Positions 1 to 14,026 are shown, counted from the first letter of the stretch. The stretch is 64,000 bases of DNA from Octopus sinensis (GCF_006345805.1 NC_043012.1:46996001-47060000); one strand, 5' to 3'. Program-made: numbers and translations. The notes: generated from the letters alone by a model not told the origin.

Positions 1-494
1 TATTATCTTTGATTCTTATGCTGCTGTAGACCACTTTTTGTGCATGAAAATTTCATTTCTAATACTCTTCTTCATAATTACAGTAATGCATCTTTATGCA
101 GAACATTACATAAATAACAAAAAAATACTTTGTGAGCTGGTATTTATAATTTCATTTAAAGCATTATTCACCACATTTATTATTCTGCTTTATACTGTAA
201 TCATATCAGTAATACGGAAACCTATAAATGCATTAAAAGAGCTATTACATATATGTAACGTTTTGTTTTCTTGTAAGACTACTATCATATTCTAGTTAAC
301 ATTTCAAGTCAATATTGTTAGCATCAAAGCCAATATCAATATTACGATTTGCGTTTTATAGAGATAAACGATATTTTTTTCTAAAGACATCAAGACGTTG
401 GATACTTTACGTAAGAAAAGTGATATTTACCACATTATGTCATTGATTCGCCATTCCTCTAAACATATAATGTACACACACATATACACACACG

Positions 495-529
<35 letters not shown>

Positions 530-642
530 CACACACACATATACATATATATGTATGTATATATATATATACACATACATATGTACATATATATGTATAT
601 GTGTATATCTATCTTTCTATCTCTTTCTCTCTCTCTCCCTCC

Positions 643-703
<61 letters not shown>

Positions 704-2181
704 TCAATATTGGTTTCAGGAGATATTCAGTTCCACTATAATAATTGAATGTTTACCACCTCCAACCCAAATTAATCGTTTAGGCTGATATAATTTTTTA
801 ACTGATGATATCAATATCAAATAAACTGTATCAGTTAATATCGACAATTCAATTTCGTTTCCAAGTTCACTAATCATATTACTAACTCATAGAAGATAGT
901 CTGAAGTTCGAACTTTAGAATTTTCAATGAAATATATGATGTTGGCGTTAGAATTTTTTTTGTTTCATTTTGAAATTTTGCTGCCCAAGATTATTAAGTA
1001 ACATCAAAGGTTAATGACCTCTATAAAGTTATTTCGAAAACAATACTTCTTTCAACTAATTGCCTGACATTCGAGGTTATATTTTTCCTTTCTTTTGTTT
1101 GATGGATAATTGTTCAATCGATAGACTTCTATTGTCGCGATAAAGCAGAGGCATTAGTAATAATAACTGCCACAGTCAATTATTCTATAATAAAGAATGA
1201 AGTCAAACGTAGTTAATAAAAACGTCTTCAACATATTACTCACAATTTCCCCCACGTTAGATACATTAGATTTTCTTTAAAAACGAAATAGAAATAAAAG
1301 AATTAAAGTCGAATGAGAAAGTGATAAAATTAGATTTAAAATCCCTAAAAAATTACCATTTTAATTCTAAGTAATAGGTTAATTCTTTTCGTGAATACGC
1401 CATAAAATTTTCGCATTCTAATAAATGTTCCTAAATTTGCATAATTTTTAAATAGAAACCTATTTTGGCTTAATACATTTCCCTCATGTTGGTCTGCAGA
1501 CTGTTTCTTTCTTAATTATTTCAAGACTTATTTTTCAACGATTACTAGAACTTAGAGTGTAACATTATTCAGACATTGAATTTAATGATCATGATGCCAG
1601 TGAAACAAATGACAGAGAAACTTTATCTTATGCAGCTGTTGCGTTTCTAAATAAAATCATGCTGTATTTTACAATCTTTAGTTTTTGAATTCTTCTCAGG
1701 GATTAGGGATAGCATAGAAGTGAATGAAACTACATTCCATGTAGCAAACATTCTGTTGTGTGGACGCTCCCAGACGATGAAGTAGGTTAGCCCAATATGT
1801 AGATATAGGAGAAGCCTAGACGTCAGGAGCCCAGCTGTGTAGACTAGAGTAGGAGAAGAGTAGCGGTAAGAGAGAGTTGAGAGCAGAGTAGTAGAGGCAT
1901 CCGAACGTGCGACATAACACATTCATGATAGGATCTGTTTTATCTTGTAATCTATTGTTTCATCTATAAAATACAATGAACATAGAAAAGCAATTGCTTT
2001 GAAGCATATGTAGAGATGCATATGTTATTTCGAAATTTTATTTAACAACACATTATTAATTAAAAATGCAAGATTATCATGCATCGATACTCTTTGTCAT
2101 AACAATGTGTTTCATCTCAAATTCTATATATATATCACAGAACTGAAAAAATTTTGTAATATGTCGATATATGTACAACGT

Positions 2182-2360
2182 AAAGGCAGCGAGCTGGCAG
2201 AATCGTTAGCTTGCCTGGAAAAATGCTTAGTTCAGGACGACTTAGCTTTTCTTCCTTTAGGCTCGATAAAATAAATACCAGTTGAGTATTGTGATCAATA
2301 GAGTCGACTTGCCTTCTTTCTAGAACTTGCTGTCCTTGAGCCAAAAGTTGAAACCAATAC
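2182..2360 (+). mobile_element. tRNA-derived SINE, internally deleted
   Basis: Head AAGGCAGCGAGCTGGCAGAATCGTTAGC and core remnant TCGATAAAATAAATACCAG, similar to the copies at 8170-8395 and 26871-27662. Confidence 0.6.
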
Positions 2361-3575
2361 ACATCGTATATGAAGCGATAAAACGTATCATTGATAACTT
2401 CTTATATAGCACACACAAACTTATACAATAATTTAGATATCTTCATATATTCGAGTCATTTTGCAAATTATACTTCATATTTTCAGCATGTGATTTTACC
2501 TATAATGTAAGTTGCATGGAAGCACTGATTTCAAGAAATTAGAATATATTTAGATCCTATAATATAATTCCACCACGAAAAGAAGTCTTCAAGTTGCTAA
2601 GACCACCTACATAGAAGTCGGTTTACTCTTCTAAGAGTTGAGAAATGACAGAGTTTTCTTTGAACTTTCAATAGCCTAAAGGGCTTGAATATTCAATAAC
2701 TATGTACTGATATAGTGTAGCATGTCACAGACTATATTGCGAGACACTTATGCTACAATAATAGCAAAGTAAAATCTTCTGTATTCATTTCATTTCGTCA
2801 TTTATTTAAATATTAATGCATTATATTCTCCTATAGTATAAACTTTATTCTCCAGACATAATTCAAACGAATGTTCTTTTTATTGATTCAATGATGATAC
2901 CGATATGGATCAATAACGTACATGACTTCAAAGCATGAGAAATCGTTGGAAGATGGAAAAACTGTCACATGATATGCAAGTGTTTGGATTTTCAGTTTGT
3001 TATTCTGTGCAGCACACGTAACAATTTTTGCTTCAGGTTTTCTTTAAAACCAATTTTTATACACATTTCGCGTATAATATGATATAAAGATCATAAGGCA
3101 AGAATAAGGATAGTGAATTACTGAACTTGGACGGCTAAAGAAATACAGAAATAGAAATCCATTAAATTAATAGAAAAATTATAGAAAAAATAAATCATGA
3201 TATAAAGCCCATAATTTGTTCATAATGTAATAGTGCAAAGTAGAGGAATATTGGAATTGTTTCCTCTTGATAGTATCATATTGTTTCATATCATAGACAA
3301 ACACAGGAAACAGGGGTATAGTATGATACGCAGAGTTATGTACAAGATAGGCACTATTGACCTAATGTCATCGGAAATAAAATATAAAAAAAGCTAATTA
3401 GAATGATACATTATGCATCATGAAAGGAGAAGTGGGCAGACTTCTCAGACTGGAATTTTATAAGCTGCAATGTTAGATAAAACTATCGTGAATACATATA
3501 AAGCGACAGGCTTGGTTATGGCCTTTAAAACCTGATTTAGGATGCATTATCATACGGATATAGATTGCTAACAAC

Positions 3576-3656
<81 letters not shown>

Positions 3657-3714
3657 ATGTATATATATATATATATATATTATGAGCTAGAGGTCATAGT
3701 TTGATTGTAGTAAA

Positions 3715-5175
3715 AATAACATTTACAGCTGTTTCAGTTTTTTTTAGGTAAATTCGCATTTATCTCGTTCCATGTAATAAACATCGTCAGAGTTTATCAG
3801 AGGAATATTGACAGGAGACAAAGGAAAAAAGGAAGAAGTTCGTTAAGTCTTCAGGCTTACTTATTTTTTCCTGTAAAGGTTGTACGTGTGTGTACACTTC
3901 TTCAATTAGATGAATGGAGCATAGAAATAATGCCCTTGTTAAAAATTAAGGATTCTCTTAAAAGTTTGAGTGCGATATATATAAATCTGGGTTACGCAAA
4001 AAGGTATAACAAATAAACAAAACGTTATGGGCACCGCGGGCTATCTCCACGTTAATATAATTAAAACCAACCAACTCGACTAGAATAGGCTCAATCACTC
4101 GTTTAATCGTGGCAGCCCTAGTAATTTTCATGTTAGTCAGTGATCTAACTTTAATGGGAATATATTAAAGAGAATTATTACTCCGGGTGTACATTTTGCA
4201 TTTACGATAAATAATTCAGTTAGTAGGAGTAATTTGATATAATTTTGATTTGTGATATTAAATCAAGCTCTGTGGCAAGGATGAGGGTCGAGGGGAGGTA
4301 ACTAGATGTTAGACAGGCCAGCTAATAACTTGTAATGTAGGTATTAGCGGCATTGAGAGAATAAGAATTTATCTTTATATAAGCATGTTATTTTTTCTCG
4401 TCTAGTATATTAAGTAAATATGATTTGGCCATTAAAATGCATAAATTAATGCATAAATTACGGAGATTATTTTTAAGGTTATATGAAGAGGCTTTGGCTA
4501 GGATGCGCCATTCTAATCTATAATTAATATTGCCTTTAAGTCCCCATATGTAACTGCTTTATCCGGTAGAGTTAGCTTTATTTCTATTTCTGACGGAATA
4601 GAAATAAAGAGATATGGAATTATATCTAAGCTTCATTTCATTTTTAGTTGCTCCCACATAAGTATTCTTGTAATTAGTGGAGAATACAGCACATCACATT
4701 GGTAGATTACGTTCTTAGTTTTGTATCTATTCAAGAATTCACAAGTATTTTTATCTCTGAAACCACATAGATTTGTAAGATTATCTGTGCCTATGATATG
4801 GTGAGGGGGATTATCATTTATAAGGTGCTTGTCCGTACTTTTAGTGGGTGAGCTATTGGGGAGATCGCTTATTATATCACTCGATTGGTTGTTGTGATTT
4901 TTATTGTTATTCTTCCTAAGTTCGTAGAAGGAGTCTAGTCTTTTATTGTTATAGGGGCTATAATAATTGCTAGGTTGCTAGTTATGCTATGGCCTATTCT
5001 AATTTTATTAATAAAGATTTCTCAGTATTTTGTATGCATATTGATATGCTTATATATGTACATATATATATACTTCATTTTTGGATTTGGTTTGCAAGAT
5101 CCTTTATATTATTTCGTGTGTTGAAGTATATTCTGTTTTGTGTGGTGAGAGTAATTCTATTTTAGTGCTTTATGA
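3715..5175 (-). mobile_element. Decayed Penelope-like element 3' region (RT C-terminus/linker, GIY-YIG endonuclease, terminal repeat)
   Basis: Hand translation of the minus strand across frameshifts gives KIRIGHSITSNLAII, NLCGFRDKNTCEFLNRYKTKNVIYQCDV (VIY at ~4689-4716), NTYVGATKNEMKLRYN (~4625-4662) and SYIWGLKGNINYRLEWRILAKASSYNLKNNLRNLCI. This matches the PLE endonuclease pattern C-x-C..NVIY..YIG.T..K.RY..YIW.LK..W.IL.KA..Y..C.LC. Confidence 0.75.
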
Positions 5176-5649
5176 TTCAACACACTCACCGGTAAAATTT
5201 CCACGCATTTATTTTTCTGAAATTTTCGTTGCGTCATGCAACGTTTTCAATAGTTGTTGAGTCTGTCCATTATTCAAGTTGCGTTTTTTGTTTGTTTGTG
5301 CGCATGTGTGCGGGTCAGCGTGTGTGCGCATAAACATGTATGTATATGTAGGCACGTATGTGTGTATGCATTTATGCATATGCGTGTATATGCATGTATG
5401 TATGTGTGTGTCTGTGTATGGTTTTTGTGACTATGTACTATGTCTGTATGTATGGATGTGTATCTCAATATATGTCGACGTTTATCTCCATATATCCCTA
5501 TCCGTTTGTATACCTGTCTGTTTACTTTCATATCCATATGCCTACATACACATATACATATACACATATATCTATCTACGTAACAGCCCACTAACTATTC
5601 TACATGTATGTAAATATAAACAAGGAGTATGGGGGGTGTGATTATCTAC

Positions 5650-5890
5650 TACGCATATTTCCTCTTTAGTACTGGCATGCTTCATTTATGAGGACGTTCT
5701 CCTGTATTTGTCTGAATGTTGGGTCCGTTGGGTGCTTGGATAAAATGCGGATGTCCAGTTGACCCAGGTTGTCTACATGTTGGCCCTTGGCATGTTGAAA
5801 GGGTATGGAGAGCTGTTTTTTTTGTCGTCATATTGTCTCAAATGTTAATTTAGTCTTTCCGCAATTCTCCTAGATGTCTCAGACAAATAC
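5650..5890 (-). mobile_element. Second Penelope-type GIY-YIG endonuclease C-terminal remnant
   Basis: Minus strand reads ETSRRIAERLN*HLRQYDDKKNS then, after a frameshift, QHAKGQHVDNLGQLDIRILSKHPTDPTFRQIQENVLINE, resembling the ET.R..R..EH..H..H..RQI.E.V.I pattern of PLE endonucleases. Confidence 0.6.
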
Positions 5891-6329
5891 GTATATGTAT
5901 GTATGTATATAAATGTATATATATATATGCATGTGAATGTATGTGTATATGTATACAAATATATATACATCTATATATATGTATATATATATATATATAA
6001 TATATATATATTTATATATATATATATATGCATGTATATATATGTGTGTGTGTGTAATATATATATTTACGTATGTATGTACACAAACATGTATGAATTT
6101 TCCTCATCATATTCTGTAATATGGTGGTGATGATAGAAAGAAATAGACCAAATACAGTAATTGCTGAAGGATAGCTTTATTAATAGCATTAATAAAGTTA
6201 TTAAACTTAGAAATTCTCACAGCAACAGGATATTTTATTATCTGATTGTTGTTATTCAGGTAATCTAACGTTACATACATAATCAACATTAATCTTATTT
6301 TTCCTAAATTTATCTTGAATGAAGTCGGT

Positions 6330-6440
6330 GATCGCTATGATGATGATGATGGTGATGATGATGACGATGATGATGATGATGGTACTGATAATGATGATGA
6401 TGAGGAGGGGGAGGAAGATCATGACGACAACCAAGACGAT
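6330..6440 (+). repeat. (GAT)n-rich microsatellite
   Basis: Imperfect GAT/GAC/GAG run; it explains the poly-Asp, poly-Met and poly-His ORFs in the track. Confidence 0.9.
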
Positions 6441-6489
6441 GAGAGGAAGAGGAGAATGTACTCTGTGCACGAAGAAGACGGAACCGACC

Positions 6490-7720
6490 AAGAACAGATA
6501 TCAGTATGAGGATCACCAAATACTCACAAAAGGAATTGTAGACCAGAGGTTGGCAAATTTTATTTTGCAGAGGGAAAGATCGGGACAAAGAAAGAATGGA
6601 GCTTACTTCAACGCCAGAATGAGACAGGGAGAGACTAGAAATGAGAGGGATCGGAAAGGGAAAACGAAATTTTGAAAAAGATGGACGAGATGTTGATGAA
6701 TATTTTTACTGAAAATATAAAAGATCTGGAAGACCTCGTATATAGCAGAGGTCTGTCGCTGTGCATATTCTTAGGGTTAACAGCAAAAGGATAATTGAAA
6801 ATCTCACTGAGGGAACGAAGAAAGAAAAACCAAATTTAACAGTTCATAGACGGATGCAAGCAATCAGAGAGAGAATTTTGAGCCAATGACACATGAATGA
6901 ACGGCTATGAAAATAAGACATTAGACACAAAGTCTTCAGGTAATTAAAGAAGAGATAAGATAAAAAAATTAAAGCACTGTCAGGGGGAAAAATAAGTGAT
7001 ATCAACAGAGAACAAGCAGAATAGACTTTTCAAGAGAAACGTAACGATATTGTATTAAAAACTGGTCAGATGCAGGAAAAGGAAGAAAATTTTGAGCAAA
7101 ATCTTCAGCAAACATGTGCAACATAACATAAACACAGACTGGTTGCAAAAATTTAAAAGCGAAATGGAAGATGGAGTGAAACAAGAAAGTATAACAATCA
7201 CGGATAGGTGACCGAGTTTGAATAAATACAGCAAATTGAAGTTCCAACCTGATGGTTATCGCTAATTCTGGTCATCAAGCAGTGGAGAAGCATTCATAAA
7301 TTAGCTGTATCACCTTCGAGCAGATTATGTGAAAAAATCCTCTGTAGCAGGCATATAATTGGTGACTTCTCAAAACTGGCGCACCAGGAGTACAAAGAAC
7401 ATTGGGACTAGGTGGCAGTGCAAATACTGTGGGAGTTGTGCAGGTGGTATGGAATAGAATTTCCTAGTATTGTATCAACATTTGTCAGAAGCAGAGAATG
7501 ATCTAGAGAAACATACAGATAAAAAAACTACAACATAACCGACTGAATGTTACTCTCCTATGGAAGGTATCCAATTAATGACCTTCATCGATGTAGCTAT
7601 ACCTGTAGACCAAAATATTGGGAAAGTCGTGAGTGTTAACTATTGTCCTCGTTACTCTGAGTATCATCTCAAAAACAGTTGGCATCAAAAGCTGCAAGTA
7701 ACAAACTTTATAGTAATACA
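6490..7720 (+). mobile_element. Internally deleted, decayed R4/Dong-like (RLE-type) LINE
   Basis: Plus strand near 7340-7460 reads HIIGDFSKLAHQEYKEHWD*VAVQILWELCRWYGIE, then TDKKLQHNRLNV and FIDVAIPVDQNI (~7510-7620). These are the zinc-finger/RLE motifs also seen at 61029-61460. RT core is absent. Confidence 0.6.
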
Positions 7721-7823
7721 CAAATGGAAGCGTTTCGTGGAAAAGGCAACACATCTGCGTCTCTAAGCTGCAGGAAGGTGCTGAGAGGTGAGTAGATAAC
7801 TCCAGAGTAGAAGGGAAAATAAA

Positions 7824-7825
<2 letters not shown>

Positions 7826-7865
<40 letters not shown>

Positions 7866-7905
7866 GATGCTGCTGCTGCTCCTGCTGTTGTTGCTGCTGC
7901 TGCTA

Positions 7906-7940
<35 letters not shown>

Positions 7941-7992
7941 ACTACTACTACTACTAATAATATAATAATAATAATACTACTACTAATAATAA
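7826..7992 (+). repeat. Compound (TAC)n/(TGC)n/(TAA)n microsatellite
   Basis: Directly visible, about 100 bp downstream of the R4/Dong-like remnant. Confidence 0.95.
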
Positions 7993-8169
7993 TGGCTTCA
8001 AATTTTGTCGCAAGGTCAACTATTTTGGGAGAGGGAATGTATCGATTACATCGACTCCGTGTTCAAGTGGTACTTAATTTATTGATCCTGAAAGGAGGAA
8101 AGACACCGGAGATGCACAATGAGACTGAAACTCACGAATTACATAACCGAAAGCATTTCTTCAGATACT

Positions 8170-8395
8170 TTAATATTCGTTTATAATCTTAGTACAAGGC
8201 CAGCAAATTCGATGGGCGGGTGTAAGTCGATTACATCGACTCCAGTGCCCAATTGTTTCTTATTTTATCGACCCCGAAGGGATGAAAGCCAAAGTCAACC
8301 TCTGCGGAATTTGATCTCAAGATGTAATGACCAAAGAAATGGCGCTAAGCCTTTTCCCCGGCATAATAACGTCTCTCCCATCTGAGGGCCTTCGG
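8170..8395 (-). mobile_element. tRNA-derived SINE with CORE-like body
   Basis: ATCGACCCCGAAGGGATGAAAGCCAAAGTCAACCTCTGCGGAATTTGA matches the body of the 26.9-27.6 kb copies. Confidence 0.75.
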
Positions 8396-9787
8396 ATACT
8401 TTAATATTGATAATGTTTCTAATGTAAGACACACAGAGACCAAAATCTTATTTCGACGGTTTCTATTCGATAGTATCAAATCCGGTTGTTTTGGGAGTAC
8501 TGTATTTTATTGATTCAGGAGAATTAATGTGAAAGAAGGCTACAGCAATATTTGAACTTAGATCGTAAAGACTCGGTTCAAATATTGCATGGCATTTTTA
8601 TCACCGCTTTAAGAATTCTTCTAGCGAGCTGCCAAAACACCATGTGAGAAGTGTAGCATAATCAAAGAGTTTAACTGAACTGATATTTATTTTGAAAACC
8701 ACCAAATGGTTAAACTCAATTTATTTGCCTTTGTTTAGTAAATCCATGTCTACAATGGAATATCGCAACAATCGTACACACACACTCACTGTGACACACA
8801 TACACACATACCTATTCATACATATAGGTATATGCATATGTGTGTGCGTGTTTGTGTGTTTGTGTGTGTGTGTGTGTGTTTGTGTGTCTGTGTGTGTGTG
8901 TGTATACGTACACATAATTGTCTATGCAAAGCACATACATTTTGTCGATGAATAACAATAACTTGGATAAGAATATTTGAATATTATATATAAGTGGGAA
9001 TAAAATGTCATAGAATCTAAATGCAAAATATTAGCAGAATCAATTTTCATATTTTAATTCATAACAATTATAGTAATTATACGTGAAAAGACCTACGATT
9101 AATTAATTCTTTCAGTTTGAAAACATAAATAATTATGTCAGAATATTCATTCATTAACAATTTCTAATTAGGAAATATTAGTATTGACCTTATGTGCTGA
9201 AGACTTCATACAATGATTCCAACGTTTTTCAGAATGGAAGATGTTGATGAAATTCATTTAAATTTTTGATTTTTAAAAATATATTAAAAATTGGCGAGTC
9301 TTTTACAATCAATGGAAATCAGAACACGTTTACTTCAGTTGTTTTCTTCAATGATTAGAGTGCTTTCGCTGCCATAGCTGTCAATTCAGCAAGAGCGTGA
9401 ACGATTTGAGGGAGAATTAAAGACATCATCTTAAACTAAAGAAAGAAAAAAACTGAACTTGCCGAAAGAACATGATTTGATTCGGCTTTGTAAATATATG
9501 TAGAGTTTTCTTTCAATAGTTGGCCACCATAAAATTCTTCCAAGGATTCTGTTGACTAGTAAAAACCAATTAAACTTCTTTAGCTTCCCACTCCGAAACG
9601 GGACAAAACTTATTATTCATTTACATGTTTATATAGACAATACACAATAGACAATACATGCTTATATAGACAATGCACAGAAACACGCATCGTGTCATTA
9701 TAAAAAAGATTATTGGAGTATATGCTAAATATTATACACGTAGATAGAAATTAATCAATCGACTACAGTCACCAGCGTTTTGCTAAT

Positions 9788-9839
<52 letters not shown>

Positions 9840-9863
9840 TATAATATATATTATATATATATA

Positions 9864-10010
9864 TGCGTGGTTTAGTGGTAAGAAGCTTGCTTGCCAATCA
9901 CATTAGTCCAGGTTCAGTTCCACCGCATGGCACCATAGGCAAGTGCCTTCTACTATCGCCCTGGCTTCTAAGATCTTGTGAGTTGATAGAAACTTAAAAA
10001 AGCTCATCAT
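9864..10010 (+). mobile_element. tRNA-derived SINE, second family (5' part)
   Basis: GTGGTAAGAAGCTTGCTT..CCAATCAC..GGTTCAGTTCCACCGCATGGCACC..GGCAAGTGCCTTCTACTAT, flanked by (AT)n. Confidence 0.7.
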
Positions 10011-10399
10011 GTGTGTATATACATACATATATGTTTGCCTGTTTGCAAAAAAGTTCTTCAAAAATGAGTTTTGTTAATGGGGATATGTTATCCAGTAGGT
10101 TACTTGTTATGAGCTTCCACGGTGCGTGGACTTATGCATAATGTTGATTGGTTGGTTCAACCATTCTTAGTACTTTCCACTTCTGAAAATACAGTTGTCC
10201 CAAAAGAGACTTCATTCGTAACGATATAGCAGAAATATTTAATAGTTTAAAGAAAACAAACTATACACAAAATGGACCCTGGCAAATGGCTGAAACGTCA
10301 CGTAGGCAAAAAAGGATTGATACGGTTGCACAATGATAAAAAAATGAATATTCTATGTGCATTCTCTGTTTTCTTTAAACTATTATACATAGCTGGGTG

Positions 10400-10925
10400 G
10401 GGGGGGGGATTAGAAGCTTGCTTTCCAACCATATGGTTCCGGTTTCAGTCCCAAAACGTGGCACATTGGGCAAGTACCTTCTACTATAAGTTTGGGTCGA
10501 CAAGATCTTTGTAACTAGATTTGGTACATGAAAACGTAAAGAAGCCCGTGGTATGTATATATATGTATATATATATATGTATATATATATATATGTATAT
10601 ATGTATATATATATGTATATATATATATATAATATATAATATATATATATATATGTATATATATGTATATATATATATATATATATACATATATAAGTAT
10701 ATATCTATGTGCATATGTCTTTGTGATTGTGCTGTCACTCCATTACCGCTTGACAACCAGTGTTGGTGTGCTTTCGTCCGCTTAACTCAGCTGTTCGGCA
10801 AGAGAGACCTTTAGAAAAAGTACTAGTGTTAACATATAAGTCCTGGTGTAGATTTGTTTGATTAAAACCGTTCAAGGCAGTGCTCCAGCATGGTCGCAGT
10901 GAAATGATTGAAGCAAATAAAAAAA
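10400..10925 (+). mobile_element. Long bipartite SINE of the second family, with internal (AT)n
   Basis: Head AGAAGCTTGCTTTCCAACCATATGGTTCCGG and 3' module GACAACCAGTGTTGGTGTG..TTCGGCAAGAGAGACC..GTGCTCCAGCATGG. Confidence 0.75.
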
Positions 10926-11965
10926 AAGAAGCAGAAGAAATAATTCAATAACTCCAGAACTTCGGGAAGAGAATTCTGAAGAGGGTAGTTGGAGTGTCTT
11001 TATTGCAGGATGAAAATGCTGAGGAATCTAAACGATATAGGAAATGGGAGATCACAAATGATTCAACTTCTGCAGCACGTGTACGAGACGAGTGTGAGAG
11101 TCAAGAAGATATAGAAGGGTTGATGGCATTGCATTGTAAATAACAACTTCAGAGTTTCCAGGTGAAGTGAAATACAAGAAGAGATATGGTCGGAGTTTTG
11201 AAGGTGTTAGTTATATAAAGAAGACGGTGCTGAAGCATATGTATTCAGAGGATTACATGGAGAAAGAGGTGTCACAGGAGAAAAAAATCCAAGCGAGAAG
11301 AATCGACTCGATATATGTATATGCACGGATACTATCTTATAGGAGTAAAATCCTTGAGGAACAGAGGGGCATTATCAAAGGTAGAGAGAATTGTTTCTCC
11401 GATTTGAGCAAGATTAGAAGTTTTCGTGTTAAGAAATATAGTGGCCAAAATTGGATAGACGCCCACTGATATTAGAAGTTCAGTAAGATGCATTGTCCAG
11501 GGTAGAACAGGGAAGGGTATAATGTGTTGGTATTGAAAGACACAATGTTCACAATAAAACCCTTTATCGGAACAATTTTGAGAATGATAGCAGGGTACGA
11601 GATTATGATAAGCATACAATCATGAAGCGTTGGAATGTCTGCATCACATACAGCATGACTAAAGACGCAGTAATTAGAAAGACACCAGTATTTAGGAGCA
11701 AAACGGAGTACTGAAGGTGTTTGCAATAAATATAGATGGATGAGTCAACAGTTAAAAGTTTCCTTAATTCGCACTTAAAGAGAATCTATATGCACACACA
11801 AAATACTCACATACGCACACATTACATTCACACACAGAGTTCTCAAATCCATAAGCTTAAACGAACTATGTGCGTAAGTACATAATTAAGTATATAGACA
11901 ACTCAGTCCTACCTATATATGCGCACGCACACAACCACAAACACTGACACACAGAGGAGTACACA

Positions 11966-12045
<80 letters not shown>

Positions 12046-12734
12046 TAATATATAAAATATCTGCTGTGCATATGCTTAATTGCTGGCACATTGGGTATTA
12101 TTCAATATTCACAACACACTTTTTAATTTTCTACAGCTCTGTATTTTAATAAGTGGCATTCATTTCTCTATTACTGGATGGTGCTGGGATAGTCTTAGAA
12201 GCGTGCCTGTGGTCTGAACACGTTGTTCATTAAATTACATTTAATTGCCACACATATTTTTGCTGCAATTTACTAAAGTGGTATGATTGGTCAGCTCAAA
12301 ACGAGTGCAGAAATGATTCCCTATCATTAAGCGCAGCAGCAGCTGTAAAAATTATATAAGATTACTCTTGGAAAATTAGGTGTTCCTCATAGTTTTACCA
12401 ACCTCGAAAATTTGATAGTATTTTCTCGGTATCACTCAATAGATTCAGTATTGTAAATATACGTATATTTAAAATCACGATCAAAACCATAATTGCTTTC
12501 ATGTCAGAAGCGTGTAATTGCTTCTATGTAAGAATATATAAGATTATATTTGCTAGTATACATAAACGCGACTAATAGAAACACACAGACAACCATAAAT
12601 ATATAAATAGATGCACCTCCAGACATACATGATAGAAGCATATACACACCACACACACACACACATCTCACTGTCTCCCTGTCTCTGCTTCTCAGTCTCT
12701 TTCTCTATCTTAGTATTCTCTCTCTCTCTCGGTC

Positions 12735-12792
<58 letters not shown>

Positions 12793-12793
<1 letters not shown>

Positions 12794-13180
12794 GGTGCAG
12801 GCGTAGCTGCGTGGTGAGAAGCTTGCTTCTCAATTACATGGTTCCGAGTACAGTTCCACTGCGTAGCACTATGGGCGAGGTATTATAGACCCGGGCCAAC
12901 TTGTGAGTGGATTTGTGCGCAGAAACAGAAAGAAGTCCGTGGTATAAATATATATGCATGCACCTATCTGTGTGTATCTTTTTGTCCGTTTTTATCTACC
13001 CACCACCTCTTAGGAACCGGCGTTGATGCACGCATTTTCCCGTGATTTACCAAATGAAAAGCGGCCGGTGAAATAAGTACTAGGTTTTAAGATGTCCTGT
13101 GGTCGATTTGTGTCTTCTAAAACTTTTCAAGGCAGTGCACCAGCATGGCAAAAGTCAAATGACTGAAGCCACTAAAAGAT
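12793..13180 (+). mobile_element. Long bipartite SINE of the second family
   Basis: GGTGCAGGCGTAGCTGCGTGGTGAGAAGCTTGCTTCTCAATTAC head; 3' module similar to 10740-10920. Confidence 0.75.
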
Positions 13181-13535
13181 TTTATATATATATATATATA
13201 TGTATATATGTGTGTGTGTGTGTGTGTGTCTGTGTATGTGTGTGTATATTTTCCAACGTCGTAAATTGGCAGTCGTGTTTAGGACGATGTTACTACTATT
13301 TAGACCCACTTTTTCTGTTCGCTAACGACATATCATCTATGTCCGTAAACTATGAGGAAGTGCACTAATGCTCTCCGTCCAGCCTTAGCGACAACTGCTG
13401 ACCAATGGCTTCAGGATAATTTCTCTTCCTCGGTAACTGACAATCGCTGGCTAGAGATAGCAGCCACACGATCTCTATCACAGTATACACTTTTAAAGTG
13501 ACACACATCACTGGCCTCGTAAAGAGAAAAACATC

Positions 13536-14026
13536 TAGTTTTAAATCTCTGAGCGAGCAATATATAGCAACAGTACTGCATAGTAATGTCTATTTGCTAA
13601 CGTAAAATGGCTGGCTACCAACACACCATTACCCAGAAACCAGTGGTTTGCAGGTATCGCTAAGCTGGAGCGGGAGCATTAGCTCCTGTGCTCACAGTAT
13701 ACATATATAGATAATGTGTCGTCAGTCAGCTGGAAAAGATGTTTTCCTAGGGCTTAACGGCAGTAACAACGTCCCAAGCAGCACTGTTTCTTTACGTTGT
13801 CATATGCACTTTACTATGCTGTACTGTTACAACATTTTTCTCGCCCAGGTGATTGGTCAGTGATTGGATGTCATTTCGAAAATATATACTGTGAATGAGG
13901 CTGAGTGGCTCCTAGGACTAAACAGTATTAACAGAATTCTAATCAGGGCTGACACCTTATGTTGGCAAATAGACTTTACTATGCAGTACTGTTACTACAT
14001 ATTTCTCGCTCAGAGATTTAAAACTA
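13536..14026. mobile_element. MITE/fold-back element with ~70-bp terminal inverted repeats
   Basis: 13536-13605 (TAGTTTTAAATCTCTGAGCGAGCAATATATAGCAACAGTACTGCATAGTAA..) is the near reverse complement of 13957-14026. The outermost TA on both sides fits a TA target duplication. Confidence 0.75.

Noticed and set aside
1690-1925. Purine-rich, higher-GC segment resembling an LTR fragment
   Set aside because: No second copy, PBS, PPT or TSD in the window.
3900-5175. AT-rich non-repetitive stretch that first looked like a mitochondrial insertion (NUMT)
   Set aside because: No mitochondrial gene motif was recognisable, and minus-strand translation fits a Penelope endonuclease instead.
6315-6509. Acidic 64-aa ORF resembling an exon of an Asp/Glu-rich protein
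   Set aside because: It is a GAT microsatellite running into a decayed LINE, with no splice or homology support.
10930-11730. Purine-rich coding-like segment (ORF 11167-11469) suggestive of a decayed gag or protease
   Set aside because: No convincing zinc-knuckle or D(S/T)G motif could be reconstructed; needs a translated search.
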